From: Turneriella sp.
GTDB taxonomy: Bacteria > Spirochaetota > Leptospiria > Turneriellales > Turneriellaceae
Length of the DNA stretch: 64,000 nucleotides
Reading direction: 5' to 3'
NCBI GenBank assembly: GCA_965279515.1
Contig: CBDIID010000003.1
Location: 2,761,097 to 2,825,096, forward strand
Shown here: positions 38,574 to 47,350 of the stretch, one piece after another
Position numbering within the stretch: the stretch's first letter is position 1
Layout: each line of letters starts with the position of its first letter
Made by a program: the position numbers and the translations under genes
The notes under the pieces: generated by a model
What the model was told of the DNA's origin: nothing
The model's input: the letters and a program-made list of their open reading frames with translations, nothing else
The model's database searches: none

Positions 38574-39470
38574 ATGCGGCTAAAAATTCCGATTGTTTTT
38601 ATTAAGCCATTTTTTATCCTTTTGCCCTTGCTGACCGTCTGGGCAGGCTTCGAATACTTTCAGATCCGGAAGAAACTGAATTATTCTACACAACACCCAG
38701 ATTCACGAAAGACCCCGGCGCTGGCCCTACCTGATGTGCAAGGCAAACTGCACCGCCTGGATAAAATCAATGCCCCAGGAATCGTCGTATTTTGGGCATC
38801 CTGGTGCGGACCCTGCATTGAAGAACTGCGCAAACTCGAAAAACAGGATTTGGGAAGCTGGAGTTATCTTGCTATAAACTCTGCGGATAATCGGGAAGAC
38901 GCCGAAAAATTTCTTAAAAAAGAGAAATTTCAAAAACCGCTGATCTTATTCGACGACAAGGGGGAAATTTCCGGAATCAAGGGTTATCCCAGTGTCTATG
39001 CTTCCTTTGGCAATGGTGTTTGGGCGGGACCAATGCTCTGGGGTGATTTCGATGAGGTCATCACGGAGGTGAAGAACACCTTGAGTCAAACAGACTATAA
39101 GCCGCTGCAGGAATCCCAAAAAAGAAGGAGCGAGTATTTCGAAAATGCTGCATGGCACTTCTACTACGCTGTGACGAACTTAGTAGGCGTCGCATATATG
39201 CTCATTTTACTTTTTCTAATGCGTAATGTAGTGCGCCGGACCGTCTTTCTTCGCTGGGTACTTCTCGCCTATCTCACGATATGTATTTTGGAGTCCCTGA
39301 ACGTTTTTAGTATAAAGGAAGTCTTTGGGAAAGGAAGCCATTCGCCATGGCGGATAGTCATCTATCTTTATTACAGTCCATTATTCTGGGGAGCATGGGT
39401 TAGTTTGGGGATCCTGATCTACTTGCGTCAGTTCGTCCCGGCTACTAAACCTGAAAATTCCTTGTCGTAG
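38574..39470 (+). CDS. Membrane TlpA-like thioredoxin (CxxC) with extra C-terminal TM helices
   Basis: FWASWCGPCIEE, GYPSVY; N-terminal anchor and three C-terminal hydrophobic helices. Confidence 0.8.
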   Translation: MRLKIPIVFIKPFFILLPLLTVWAGFEYFQIRKKLNYSTQHPDSRKTPALALPDVQGKLHRLDKINAPGIVVFWASWCGPCIEELRKLEKQDLGSWSYLAINSADNREDAEKFLKKEKFQKPLILFDDKGEISGIKGYPSVYASFGNGVWAGPMLWGDFDEVITEVKNTLSQTDYKPLQESQKRRSEYFENAAWHFYYAVTNLVGVAYMLILLFLMRNVVRRTVFLRWVLLAYLTICILESLNVFSIKEVFGKGSHSPWRIVIYLYYSPLFWGAWVSLGILIYLRQFVPATKPENSLS

Positions 39471-39494
39471 GGTAGCAAGCCACTAACGCGAGCC

Positions 39495-40745
39495 ATGTCT
39501 TCTATCCCCAAATTCACCATCGACGGCAAGCGCACTGCCGACGAACTCGAAAAGCTCGCGCGCTTTTCTGACCACAAGTACCCCGCTGTCACGCGCATCA
39601 TCTTCACCGAGAACGATGTTAAAGCGCGCAATTATTTTAAGTCTCTGGCGAATGAAGCGGGACTCTCTGTGCGCGAAGACACGATCGGTAATATCTTTGT
39701 GCGCCTCGAGGGTTCGCAAAAAGACGGCGCGATCGGTACCGGTTCACACTGCGACGCGGTACCTTTTGCAGGACGCTTCGATGGTACGGTGGGAGTTTTC
39801 GGCGGCCTCGAAGCGTTGCGCGCGCTGAAGAATGCCGGCTTTAAGCCGAAGCGCCCGCTCGAAGTTGTCTTCTTTACCTCTGAAGAACCCACGCGCTTCG
39901 GCATCGGCTGCATCGGCAGCAGAATCATGTCAAACACCATTACGATGGAAAAAGTGGCTGCTCTGCGCGATAAAGACGGCCTCAGCTTCGACCAGGCGAG
40001 AGAATCGGCAGGGTATAAAGGCGCAGTACAAGACTCTATCCTACCTAAAGGTTATTACGATTATTTCTGCGAGCTGCACATCGAGCAGGGCCCTGTGCTC
40101 GAGCGCGAAAAAAAGCAGATCGGTGCTGTGACGGGCATCGCCGCGCCCGCTTCGTTCCGTATTCACTTCACGGGCGAAGGTGGCCACGCAGGGGGAGTTC
40201 TCATGCCGGCGCGCAAAGACGCCCTGGTGCCGTGCGCTATCCTCATTCAGGAGACTGAGCGTCTCGCAAAGTCATCGGCGAGCCCTGACACTGTCGGCAC
40301 CGTAGGCGTGGTGAAAGTGCATCCCGGTGCGATCAACAGTATTCCAGCGAAAGCAACGGTAGAGTTCGACATTCGCGACATACGCCTCGATACGCGCGAC
40401 CATGTTGTGACCGAGGTCAAAAAACTCGCGCAGAAGCTCGCCGACGAGCGCGGCTTGAAAGTGGAAATCGAAGACATCAATTCCGATCCGCCGGCGGTTT
40501 CTGACGAGGCCATCCTCAAAATCACGGAAAAGGCCGCGGCAAATTATGGTTATTCGCATATGCGTCTGCCGAGCCGCGCCTACCACGATTCGCTGTTCAT
40601 CGCGCGCATCGCGCCGATGGGTATGATCTTTGTGCCCTCAAAGAGCGGTTACAGCCACCGCAGCGACGAGTATACCTCGCCTGAGGAAATCCAACGCGGC
40701 GTCGAGATGCTGGCGCAGACTATGGCCGAACTTTCACTGCTGTAA
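39495..40745 (+). CDS. M20 Zn/Mn amidohydrolase, ureidoglycolate amidohydrolase-like
   Basis: GSHCDAVP, FTSEEPTRFGIGCIGSR, ELHIEQGP, GGHAG, SRAYHDSLF, GYSH; these motifs match what I recall of plant-type UAH. Confidence 0.75.
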   Translation: MSSIPKFTIDGKRTADELEKLARFSDHKYPAVTRIIFTENDVKARNYFKSLANEAGLSVREDTIGNIFVRLEGSQKDGAIGTGSHCDAVPFAGRFDGTVGVFGGLEALRALKNAGFKPKRPLEVVFFTSEEPTRFGIGCIGSRIMSNTITMEKVAALRDKDGLSFDQARESAGYKGAVQDSILPKGYYDYFCELHIEQGPVLEREKKQIGAVTGIAAPASFRIHFTGEGGHAGGVLMPARKDALVPCAILIQETERLAKSSASPDTVGTVGVVKVHPGAINSIPAKATVEFDIRDIRLDTRDHVVTEVKKLAQKLADERGLKVEIEDINSDPPAVSDEAILKITEKAAANYGYSHMRLPSRAYHDSLFIARIAPMGMIFVPSKSGYSHRSDEYTSPEEIQRGVEMLAQTMAELSLL

Positions 40746-40746
40746 C

Positions 40747-41154
40747 TTGGCTTCGTACCAAAGTTTCATTTTCTCAGCAGAGACGGCGCAGGTGTTCTGG
40801 CCCAAAGCACGGGCCGCTGTGGAAACGTATTGCCGCAAAGCCGGCCGTCCCGTTTCACTGATGGCCGATACGAAACGAATGCGCGTCGAGTATGGGCGTG
40901 AAGAATATTATTTTTATCTTAGCCTCTTTGAGGGTGAGGCCGCGCTGGCTGAGTCGGAAGATATTGCCAGAAGCCGTCTATCCCACCCTTGGGCCAAAAC
41001 CGTTGCAAACTGCGCTTACCGGATTGAATTTTCCGGGGATGACGACCCCGACATGGATTATTTCAACGAGTACTTTGCCTTAATGGAAGAGCTCGTGCAA
41101 GGTGCCGGGGCTATTGTTTTTGATTACCCAAGCGGCAAGTTCTTCGGCACTTAG
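40747..41154 (+). CDS. Hypothetical protein
   Basis: TTG start 1 nt after the upstream stop; acidic C-terminal motif DDDPDMDYFNEY. Confidence 0.55.
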   Translation: MASYQSFIFSAETAQVFWPKARAAVETYCRKAGRPVSLMADTKRMRVEYGREEYYFYLSLFEGEAALAESEDIARSRLSHPWAKTVANCAYRIEFSGDDDPDMDYFNEYFALMEELVQGAGAIVFDYPSGKFFGT

Positions 41155-41197
41155 GTTTTTTTGACACCTTGCATCGGCATCGGGCGTACATGAGGCT

Positions 41198-41782
41198 ATG
41201 CAAAAATTATCATTCACCCTGATTTTCGCCATTTTCATCGCCGGATGCGGCAAGGGCAAGGGTTCTGCGGCTGGCGCGCTCGTGGTACCCGCATTACCGG
41301 CAGATTATACTGCCTTAGACTTAACCCAGACCGGCCTCAAGGCTACCGTGAAGGCACCTGCAGGCGCCACAGCTGAAAAATCTACCCTCGATGACAACGA
41401 GGGTAAGCGGCCCTATTACATCGTGCGCGCATTTTCGATTCCGAGCGATGCCGCGAACCCGGACAGAACCGCCCAGGCGAAATTCGATATCTATTCGACG
41501 AAGCGGCCCTTTGGCCAGCACCGCGAAGAAGTCAAATTCAGGCCGACCATCGGCTGGAAAAGCTGGCTCAAAGACGAAGGCGAACTGATCGTCTTTGCGG
41601 CGCGGCCCGGCAATTCGATCGGCCAGCCGATACGCGAAAAAGACAGTGAAGTCTATCACTTCATGCTGCTGCGCCAGGGCGCGGATGGCCAGCACTACAT
41701 CGTGGCCTCTAGCTCGTCTATGGATTATACGAAGGATGAAATGCTGAGACTGCTGGCTATCGCCCAGTCGCTGAAGATCTGA
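41198..41782 (+). CDS. Hypothetical lipoprotein
   Basis: MQKLSFTLIFAIFIAGC lipobox. Confidence 0.7.
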   Translation: MQKLSFTLIFAIFIAGCGKGKGSAAGALVVPALPADYTALDLTQTGLKATVKAPAGATAEKSTLDDNEGKRPYYIVRAFSIPSDAANPDRTAQAKFDIYSTKRPFGQHREEVKFRPTIGWKSWLKDEGELIVFAARPGNSIGQPIREKDSEVYHFMLLRQGADGQHYIVASSSSMDYTKDEMLRLLAIAQSLKI

Positions 41783-41784
41783 CC

Positions 41785-42138
41785 TCAGCGCGCCGCAAGG
41801 GCGCGCAGTGCTTCCTCTTGAGACGCATAGATGGAGACATAACGCGTGATCTGCACAAGATCGAGCATTTTTCTGACATGCAGGTTCGCGCCAAAAATGC
41901 ACACGGAGCCGGAAACGGGGCTAAGCAGTTTCAGCAGCGAGAATAAAACGCTGACCGCGGGGGAGTCGATCGCTTCCATTTTAGTCGCATCGACCAGAAA
42001 GGTGCGGCCGCCACCCTGAACCCGGGCCGTGAGTTCTTTGCGCAGCGCCTCGGCGCTTTCCATATTCATGTCGCCGGAGGTACTGAGGATCAGGGTCGTC
42101 GGATCAACGGCGTGGAATTCTAATGTAAACGCCTGCAT
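41785..42138 (-). CDS. STAS domain anti-sigma-factor antagonist
   Basis: SGDMN, LVDATKMEAIDSPAVSVL (conserved DS), VRKMLDL. Confidence 0.85.
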   Translation of the reverse strand: MQAFTLEFHAVDPTTLILSTSGDMNMESAEALRKELTARVQGGGRTFLVDATKMEAIDSPAVSVLFSLLKLLSPVSGSVCIFGANLHVRKMLDLVQITRYVSIYASQEEALRALAAR

Positions 42139-42169
42139 CGTTCATAATACGAACGGGCAGGCTTGGGGG

Positions 42170-42574
42170 TTACAGGCCGGCGATGCCGGCTTTGGCGACC
42201 TGGGTATCTTGCGTCGAAAGCGCGCCAGAGACGCCGATCGCGCCAACGATCTTATCGCCTTTGACAATGATCTCTCCGCCTTCGACGGGAATCACATTCG
42301 GCATGCCAAGAATCTTGAGACCCGCGCCGCCCTTTTCGACAGTCTCTTCAAAAGCCTTCGTGGCACGCTTGAATTTTATCGAGGTCAGTGCCTTGGCCTG
42401 GCAGATTTCAATCGAACCCAGCTGCGTGTTATCCATCTTTTCGAGCAGCACGAGATTCGCGCCCGAATCGACGATGGCAATCGCCATGTTCCAGCCGTTT
42501 TTCCCGGCCTCTGCCTGCGCAGCCGCGACAATTTTTTTCGCATCGGCAAGTGCGATGGGTTCACCGTAAGTCAT
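42170..42574 (-). CDS. GlcG/HbpS family heme-binding protein
   Basis: AIAIVDSGANLV, AKALTS, GGEII..GDKIVGAIGVSG...DTQVA. Confidence 0.85.
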   Translation of the reverse strand: MTYGEPIALADAKKIVAAAQAEAGKNGWNMAIAIVDSGANLVLLEKMDNTQLGSIEICQAKALTSIKFKRATKAFEETVEKGGAGLKILGMPNVIPVEGGEIIVKGDKIVGAIGVSGALSTQDTQVAKAGIAGL

Positions 42575-42620
42575 GGGTAAATAAAGATTGCCGCGCACAG
42601 GCTGGCAATCGCAATAAGCA

Positions 42621-43340
42621 ATGTTATCACCTTTCTGGGGCGAATTTCTGGGCACGATGGTGCTCATCATCTTAGGCAGCGGCGTTGTCGCGGGCGTGCT
42701 GCTTGAAAAATCGAAGGCGCAAAACGCCGGGTGGATTGTCATCACGGCGGGCTGGGCCTTTGCCGTCACGCTGGGGATTTTCACCGCGAAGACTTTCGGC
42801 AGTCCCGATGCGCACCTAAACCCGGCCGTAACGCTGGCCTTCGCGATCAAATCGGGCTCGTATGAAAACGTGCCCGTCTTCTTCGCCGCCCAGTTCGCGG
42901 GCGCTTTTGCGGGAGCTGTCATCACCTGGCTGCACTATTTACCGCACTGGGGCGAAACAAAAAACCCCGCACTAAAACTCGCGGTCTTCTCAACCGACCC
43001 GGCCATTCGCCATCCGGTGCACAACATGGTGAGCGAGATCATCGGCACATTGGTTCTCATCATCGGCGTCTACGTCATCTTCTCACGCGGCTCCGGCGGC
43101 ATCAGCGCAGGCATGGGCCCGTTTCTCGTCGGCATACTCGTCTGGGCAATCGGCCTCTCGATGGGCGGCACGACCGGCTACGCGATCAACCCCGCCCGCG
43201 ACCTCGGCCCACGCCTCGCGCATGCACTGCTGCCGATTGCTGGCAAGGGCTCATCGGACTGGCGCTATGCTTGGGTGCCAGTGGTCGCACCGCTGATTGG
43301 AGGGGGGATTGCGGGGGTGGTGTTGCGGTTGGTTTCGTAG
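42621..43340 (+). CDS. glpF: MIP channel, aquaglyceroporin (GlpF-like)
   Basis: Two NPA motifs (HLNPAVT, TGYAINPARDLGPR), EFLGT, six TM helices. Confidence 0.88.
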   Translation: MLSPFWGEFLGTMVLIILGSGVVAGVLLEKSKAQNAGWIVITAGWAFAVTLGIFTAKTFGSPDAHLNPAVTLAFAIKSGSYENVPVFFAAQFAGAFAGAVITWLHYLPHWGETKNPALKLAVFSTDPAIRHPVHNMVSEIIGTLVLIIGVYVIFSRGSGGISAGMGPFLVGILVWAIGLSMGGTTGYAINPARDLGPRLAHALLPIAGKGSSDWRYAWVPVVAPLIGGGIAGVVLRLVS

Positions 43341-43374
43341 AATAGGTGGAGTGTGACATGGGCAAAGAGTAATT

Positions 43375-44163
43375 ATGTACGCAAAATATTTTATCGCATT
43401 ATTGATTATCTTCTTAGGAAATTGCCGAGACCCCAAAGGCCAGATTGTTGAAGATTACTTAGATTCTACTCTGACGAGAGAAAGTACGATCAGAATGCAA
43501 GAGGTTTTTGTCGAAAAATTGCCACCGCAAATGCCGCGCTCAGTCAAGTTAAAACTCGGTGCCTTTGCACGCCGGATATGGGACTTTGAAACATACGCTG
43601 ATACATTAAAGCAAACCTCGATACCGCCGGAAGTCATAGCCGGCATGAAGTCGACTATAGATTTCAGTAAGACAGAAGCTGGCAGGTCGTACAAAAAATC
43701 CCTTAAGAATTATTTTGACAATGAGCGGCAGCTTTTAGGCCAGAAGAGAATCTCCGATTTCCCCGCCGCTCGAATCGACTTTTTTACGCAGCGCTTTTTT
43801 GCCAATAACGAGCCTGAAAACGGGGAACGGGTAAACCGCGACTTCAACTATCGTATGATGAAAATCTTTTGGATATTGAGCCATCCAAATAAACCCATTG
43901 ACGAGGCAGAAATCAAGGCAAAGTCTCAGATTATCATAAACGCTGAGCGTAACAAAATGCAGAAATCAATTATTCAGGGCAAAGTCCCAGATTCTATGCT
44001 TCTTCGCAGCTTGGTACAGACTATGCTCTTAACCGAGCAAGAATTTGAGGCGTACAAATCCTACCTTAATGCAACAGAGGCCATTTCTCTGAAAAAGTTC
44101 ATTTTTGACTTTGACCATACTCAGTCGCAAATCCGCATGGACAAATACATACAATCACTATAA
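43375..44163 (+). CDS. Cassette 1: hypothetical lipoprotein
   Basis: MYAKYFIALLIIFLGNC lipobox; helical. Confidence 0.7.
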   Translation: MYAKYFIALLIIFLGNCRDPKGQIVEDYLDSTLTRESTIRMQEVFVEKLPPQMPRSVKLKLGAFARRIWDFETYADTLKQTSIPPEVIAGMKSTIDFSKTEAGRSYKKSLKNYFDNERQLLGQKRISDFPAARIDFFTQRFFANNEPENGERVNRDFNYRMMKIFWILSHPNKPIDEAEIKAKSQIIINAERNKMQKSIIQGKVPDSMLLRSLVQTMLLTEQEFEAYKSYLNATEAISLKKFIFDFDHTQSQIRMDKYIQSL

Positions 44164-44175
44164 GTTGCCCACGTC

Positions 44176-44359
44176 ACACAACAAATTTTACGCGCTGCGC
44201 CGCTGCGGTGCAGTAGCTCCCCGCGTGCTCCCTAAGGGGAGATTCGCTTCGCGCGTCGCCGCGAGCCGCTACGACCACATTTTTTGACGCAAATCGGCTT
44301 TACAAAGTGAATAATGACACAAGCATCAAAAAACGTCATCGTAAAATCCAACGTTAGCT
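44176..44359 (+). repeat. attC-like element 1 (about 184 bp)
   Basis: ACACAAC-aaa-TTTTACG ... CGTAAAA-tccaac-GTTAGCT; internal stem TTTTTGACGC/GCATCAAAAA. Confidence 0.7.
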
Positions 44360-44372
44360 GCCATGGTGCATT

Positions 44373-45293
44373 ATGTCAGACCACTTAAATAAACTAATTA
44401 ACTCAGTTCACTTTCAATCGATCCTTAAAGAGCAGAGTGTTTTTAACGTAGTTAAACAGCATTTACCAGACACTCAAATGGGGACTTTTTATGTAGACCC
44501 TGATACGAGTAAGTACAGAGAAATTGATGTATTGGCTTTAAAGGAGAGCACAATAAATCAAAAATCTGAAGAAATTAGAGTAAGAACTATTATACCAATC
44601 GAGTGCAAGACGTTGAAAAATTTTAGTGTCTTTTTGTATAATGAGCAGCCTAAAGAAAAATCCAGGCCAAATACGGTTTGGCCTCTTGAAATTCTTCAAA
44701 CAACAATTTTTCAGAAGATTCACCGTGAATCACTGAGTCTAAAAGTCCAAAAACGGTTTGAGCTTGAGCATTCAAATACACGCCCGAAACTAACAGATCA
44801 GATAGATTTGGCCGCCAGTTTCGCTGAACCTGTCTTTCCTACTTATGCGAGTTTTAGGGAGATGAACCCAGCAAATGTGCGACGCAAGGATGATGATGGG
44901 AGCGTCGTTTGGGAAGCTAGCCAAAGTCTTCGGGCCTGCCAGATGTACTTCGTAAATGAGGTTATCAAGACCGCCGTTGAGGATTCGATTGAACAAATGG
45001 CAGGCTTTATTGATGAAGTTGACAAAGCTAGAGATGCAACTTATACACGCATACCGCTAATAAGACTTGATGCCATTAAAGCATTGCATAATAGATTTTA
45101 CTCAATTCATCCCATATTGGTGGTAGACGCTCAGCTTTTTACAATTGATGAGAATGAAAACCCTAAGGAGATTTCCGCAGGCAATTTGGCATTTTACGGC
45201 GTTGGCGGCTTCGCAAATTTTCAAATGACAGTCATGCGGTATTCGACCTTTCAAGAGTCAATCGCTGCTTTGATAAAAGGCATCTTGATCTGA
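44373..45293 (+). CDS. Cassette 2: PD-(D/E)xK restriction-endonuclease-fold protein
   Basis: YVDPDTSKYREIDVLA...IPIECK motif; low GC. Confidence 0.6.
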   Translation: MSDHLNKLINSVHFQSILKEQSVFNVVKQHLPDTQMGTFYVDPDTSKYREIDVLALKESTINQKSEEIRVRTIIPIECKTLKNFSVFLYNEQPKEKSRPNTVWPLEILQTTIFQKIHRESLSLKVQKRFELEHSNTRPKLTDQIDLAASFAEPVFPTYASFREMNPANVRRKDDDGSVVWEASQSLRACQMYFVNEVIKTAVEDSIEQMAGFIDEVDKARDATYTRIPLIRLDAIKALHNRFYSIHPILVVDAQLFTIDENENPKEISAGNLAFYGVGGFANFQMTVMRYSTFQESIAALIKGILI

Positions 45294-45305
45294 ATGCCCC
45301 ACGGC

Positions 45306-45602
45306 AGCTAACAAATTTTACGCGCTGCGCGCTGCGGTGCCGTAGTTCCTCTGAAAACAGAGACCCGAGGACAGGTCGCGTGTGCTCCCTCAGGGGAGAT
45401 TCGCTTCGCTCATCGCGGGTCTTCGCAGCAAAGATCGCGGACGACGCGCACACCGGGAGGTGTGTTTTCGCGCGGCGCTGCGTGACCTTTTAGGTCTTCG
45501 TCTTCGGTGCCGCTAGACCACATCTTTTGACGCGAATCGGCTTTACAAATTGATTAAATGGCACAGGCGTCAAAAAACGTCGGCGTTAGATCCAAGTTGT
45601 GT
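45306..45602 (+). repeat. attC-like element 2 (about 297 bp)
   Basis: AGCTAAC-aaattttacgcg ... gcgttaga-tccaa-GTTGTGT; shares blocks with elements 1 and 3. Confidence 0.7.
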
Positions 45603-45612
45603 TACCTTTACT

Positions 45613-46401
45613 ATGAAACCATTCTCAAAGCGCTATTTTCTACTTATAATACTTGGCCTAAATTCGATTACGTGTAATAATCATAAAATTGCAACGAAAG
45701 ATATACTTATTGTCGAAATCACTGATGCCGATCTCGGCCTGAAAATAACTGCTGAGCCGGAGTATCGGAGAATGATCCCCTTGTTCCGCACATCTCTGAC
45801 GAAGTTTCTAACGGATTTAGGACCGTTAGCTCGATATGTTCTAATTCATATGACCCTTAGTTCGCACGAAAAAAATGACATCGATCATAACTTGCGCGAC
45901 GCCATACAGAAGCTGCCCCGTAAGACTCTAATTTATGGCAACTTACTTAAACGAAAGATGACGCATAAGTTTTTTTCCTCCGCAGTCGCCGAAATGGGTC
46001 ACGTTGAATTTGCCGAAGCAGACGAAATGACATGGTTATTCTATCCGAGTATTTGTGACCGTGATAATGTAAACTCTGACAATGAGCCCGGCGATTGCCC
46101 TGAAAACAAAATCCGCAGAGATATTGCTTTGATCGCCGCTGAGGGGTATGCAGGTAAAAAAATTACGACAAAACTTGCTGATTCTATTGCCTACGAAAAA
46201 TGGAGATTAAAAGGGTTATCGCGAATTACCTATACGAAAGCAACGCAATCGCCCGAGCTCTTGAAGGACAAGCTCATCATAATAATCAATCAACCGACAC
46301 CTGACAGCGATATGCACGATCTAATGGGGGATTCAAAAATATCCGGTTCAGAAATTCTTGGGAATCGAGTTTTGTTTTACAATGAATTAGCTGCCCCGTA
46401 G
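45613..46401 (+). CDS. Cassette 3: hypothetical lipoprotein
   Basis: ATG 17 nt after GTT; MKPFSKRYFLLIILGLNSITC lipobox-like. Confidence 0.65.
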   Translation: MKPFSKRYFLLIILGLNSITCNNHKIATKDILIVEITDADLGLKITAEPEYRRMIPLFRTSLTKFLTDLGPLARYVLIHMTLSSHEKNDIDHNLRDAIQKLPRKTLIYGNLLKRKMTHKFFSSAVAEMGHVEFAEADEMTWLFYPSICDRDNVNSDNEPGDCPENKIRRDIALIAAEGYAGKKITTKLADSIAYEKWRLKGLSRITYTKATQSPELLKDKLIIIINQPTPDSDMHDLMGDSKISGSEILGNRVLFYNELAAP

Positions 46402-46409
46402 CAAACGGC

Positions 46410-46722
46410 GCACATCGAGGTTTGCGGGGCTACGCTCGCTGGGGCGCCATAGCTTGAAACCGCAAGGGCGATGGCGCGGGCTTCCTAAAGGGAGATTCGC
46501 TTCGCTCATCGCGGGGTCTCCGCGGCAAAGATCGCGGATGACGCGCACACCGGGAGGTGTGTTTTTGCGCGGCGCTCGTGACCTTTTAGGTCACTGAAGA
46601 CAGAGGCGAAGACGCCACCGTCTTCGGTGCTACGAGGGCACATTTTGTGTCGCGAATCGGCTTTACAGATTGATTAATTGGGGCAGGCGTCAACAAACGT
46701 CAGCGGAAAATCCACGTTGAGC
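46410..46722 (+). repeat. attC-like element 3 (about 313 bp)
   Basis: GCACATC (degenerate R'') ... gcggaaaa-tccac-GTTGAGC; about 67-bp block nearly identical to element 2. Confidence 0.65.
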
Positions 46723-46740
46723 TCTATCGCCAGGAGACGA

Positions 46741-47265
46741 ATGAAAAAGAAACATTACTCCTATTCATTATTGATTCTTGTCATTTTCTTTGGAGTATCC
46801 TGCCAGCCGCGACTAAAGCTGTTTATCATTCAGAATATGACCGAAAAACCTTTAGCTATTGAACTATTTATTCATCCCTTTGAGGACATGCCAGCCAAAC
46901 CGCCTGAAGATTTCCCCTTCGAAGTAACTTTCTTTAAGTCTGGCTATTTTGGAGAGCCGAGCATTGAGGAGAATGGTACGCGAATACCCTTAAAATCTTC
47001 TGCGATTAAGTTAGATACGAAAAGGCATTCGATTATTTTTTCCCTAAAGCCCAGGGCGGGATTAGAGATTTTTAAAATGACGTTTCACCAGTTTAAGGCT
47101 TTGGATGATAAAACTATTTCAAAGTTTCCTTTCAAATTACTTGCAATACAAACTCCAAGCAAGCAACTAGAAATTGCCATAACATCGAAAGGTTTAACTG
47201 AAAACTTCCAGAGACCGTTTTTTTCAATCTGGGATCATGAGCGAAATGAACTAATTGTCCAATAG
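46741..47265 (+). CDS. Cassette 4: hypothetical lipoprotein
   Basis: AGGAG RBS; MKKKHYSYSLLILVIFFGVSC lipobox. Confidence 0.7.
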   Translation: MKKKHYSYSLLILVIFFGVSCQPRLKLFIIQNMTEKPLAIELFIHPFEDMPAKPPEDFPFEVTFFKSGYFGEPSIEENGTRIPLKSSAIKLDTKRHSIIFSLKPRAGLEIFKMTFHQFKALDDKTISKFPFKLLAIQTPSKQLEIAITSKGLTENFQRPFFSIWDHERNELIVQ

Positions 47266-47350
47266 GCAACGGCTCACAGCAAGAATTACCTGCGGTGCGG
47301 TAGCTGCCCTACAGACATAGACCCGAAGACGGGTCGCGCTTTGCGCGTCG
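47265..47350 (+). repeat. Truncated/degenerate attC-like element 4 (5' part only)
   Basis: ggcaacggctcacag...ctgcggtgcggtagc...agacccgaagacgggtcgcg resembles the 5' part of element 2; the 3' conserved block is absent. Confidence 0.5.

Larger units (their letters stand above)
43348..47350 (+). mobile_element. Integron-type gene-cassette array with no adjacent integrase (CALIN-like), four cassettes
   Basis: Four co-oriented, promoter-less, AT-richer ORFs separated by related long inverted-repeat elements. Three junctions have GTT-type crossover motifs. Each unit's 5' end is complementary to its own 3' flank. Confidence 0.75.

Noticed and set aside
44176-47350. CRISPR array interpretation of the repeats
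   Set aside because: The repeats are 180-310 bp, variable, and separated by whole genes; no short direct repeats with spacers and no cas genes
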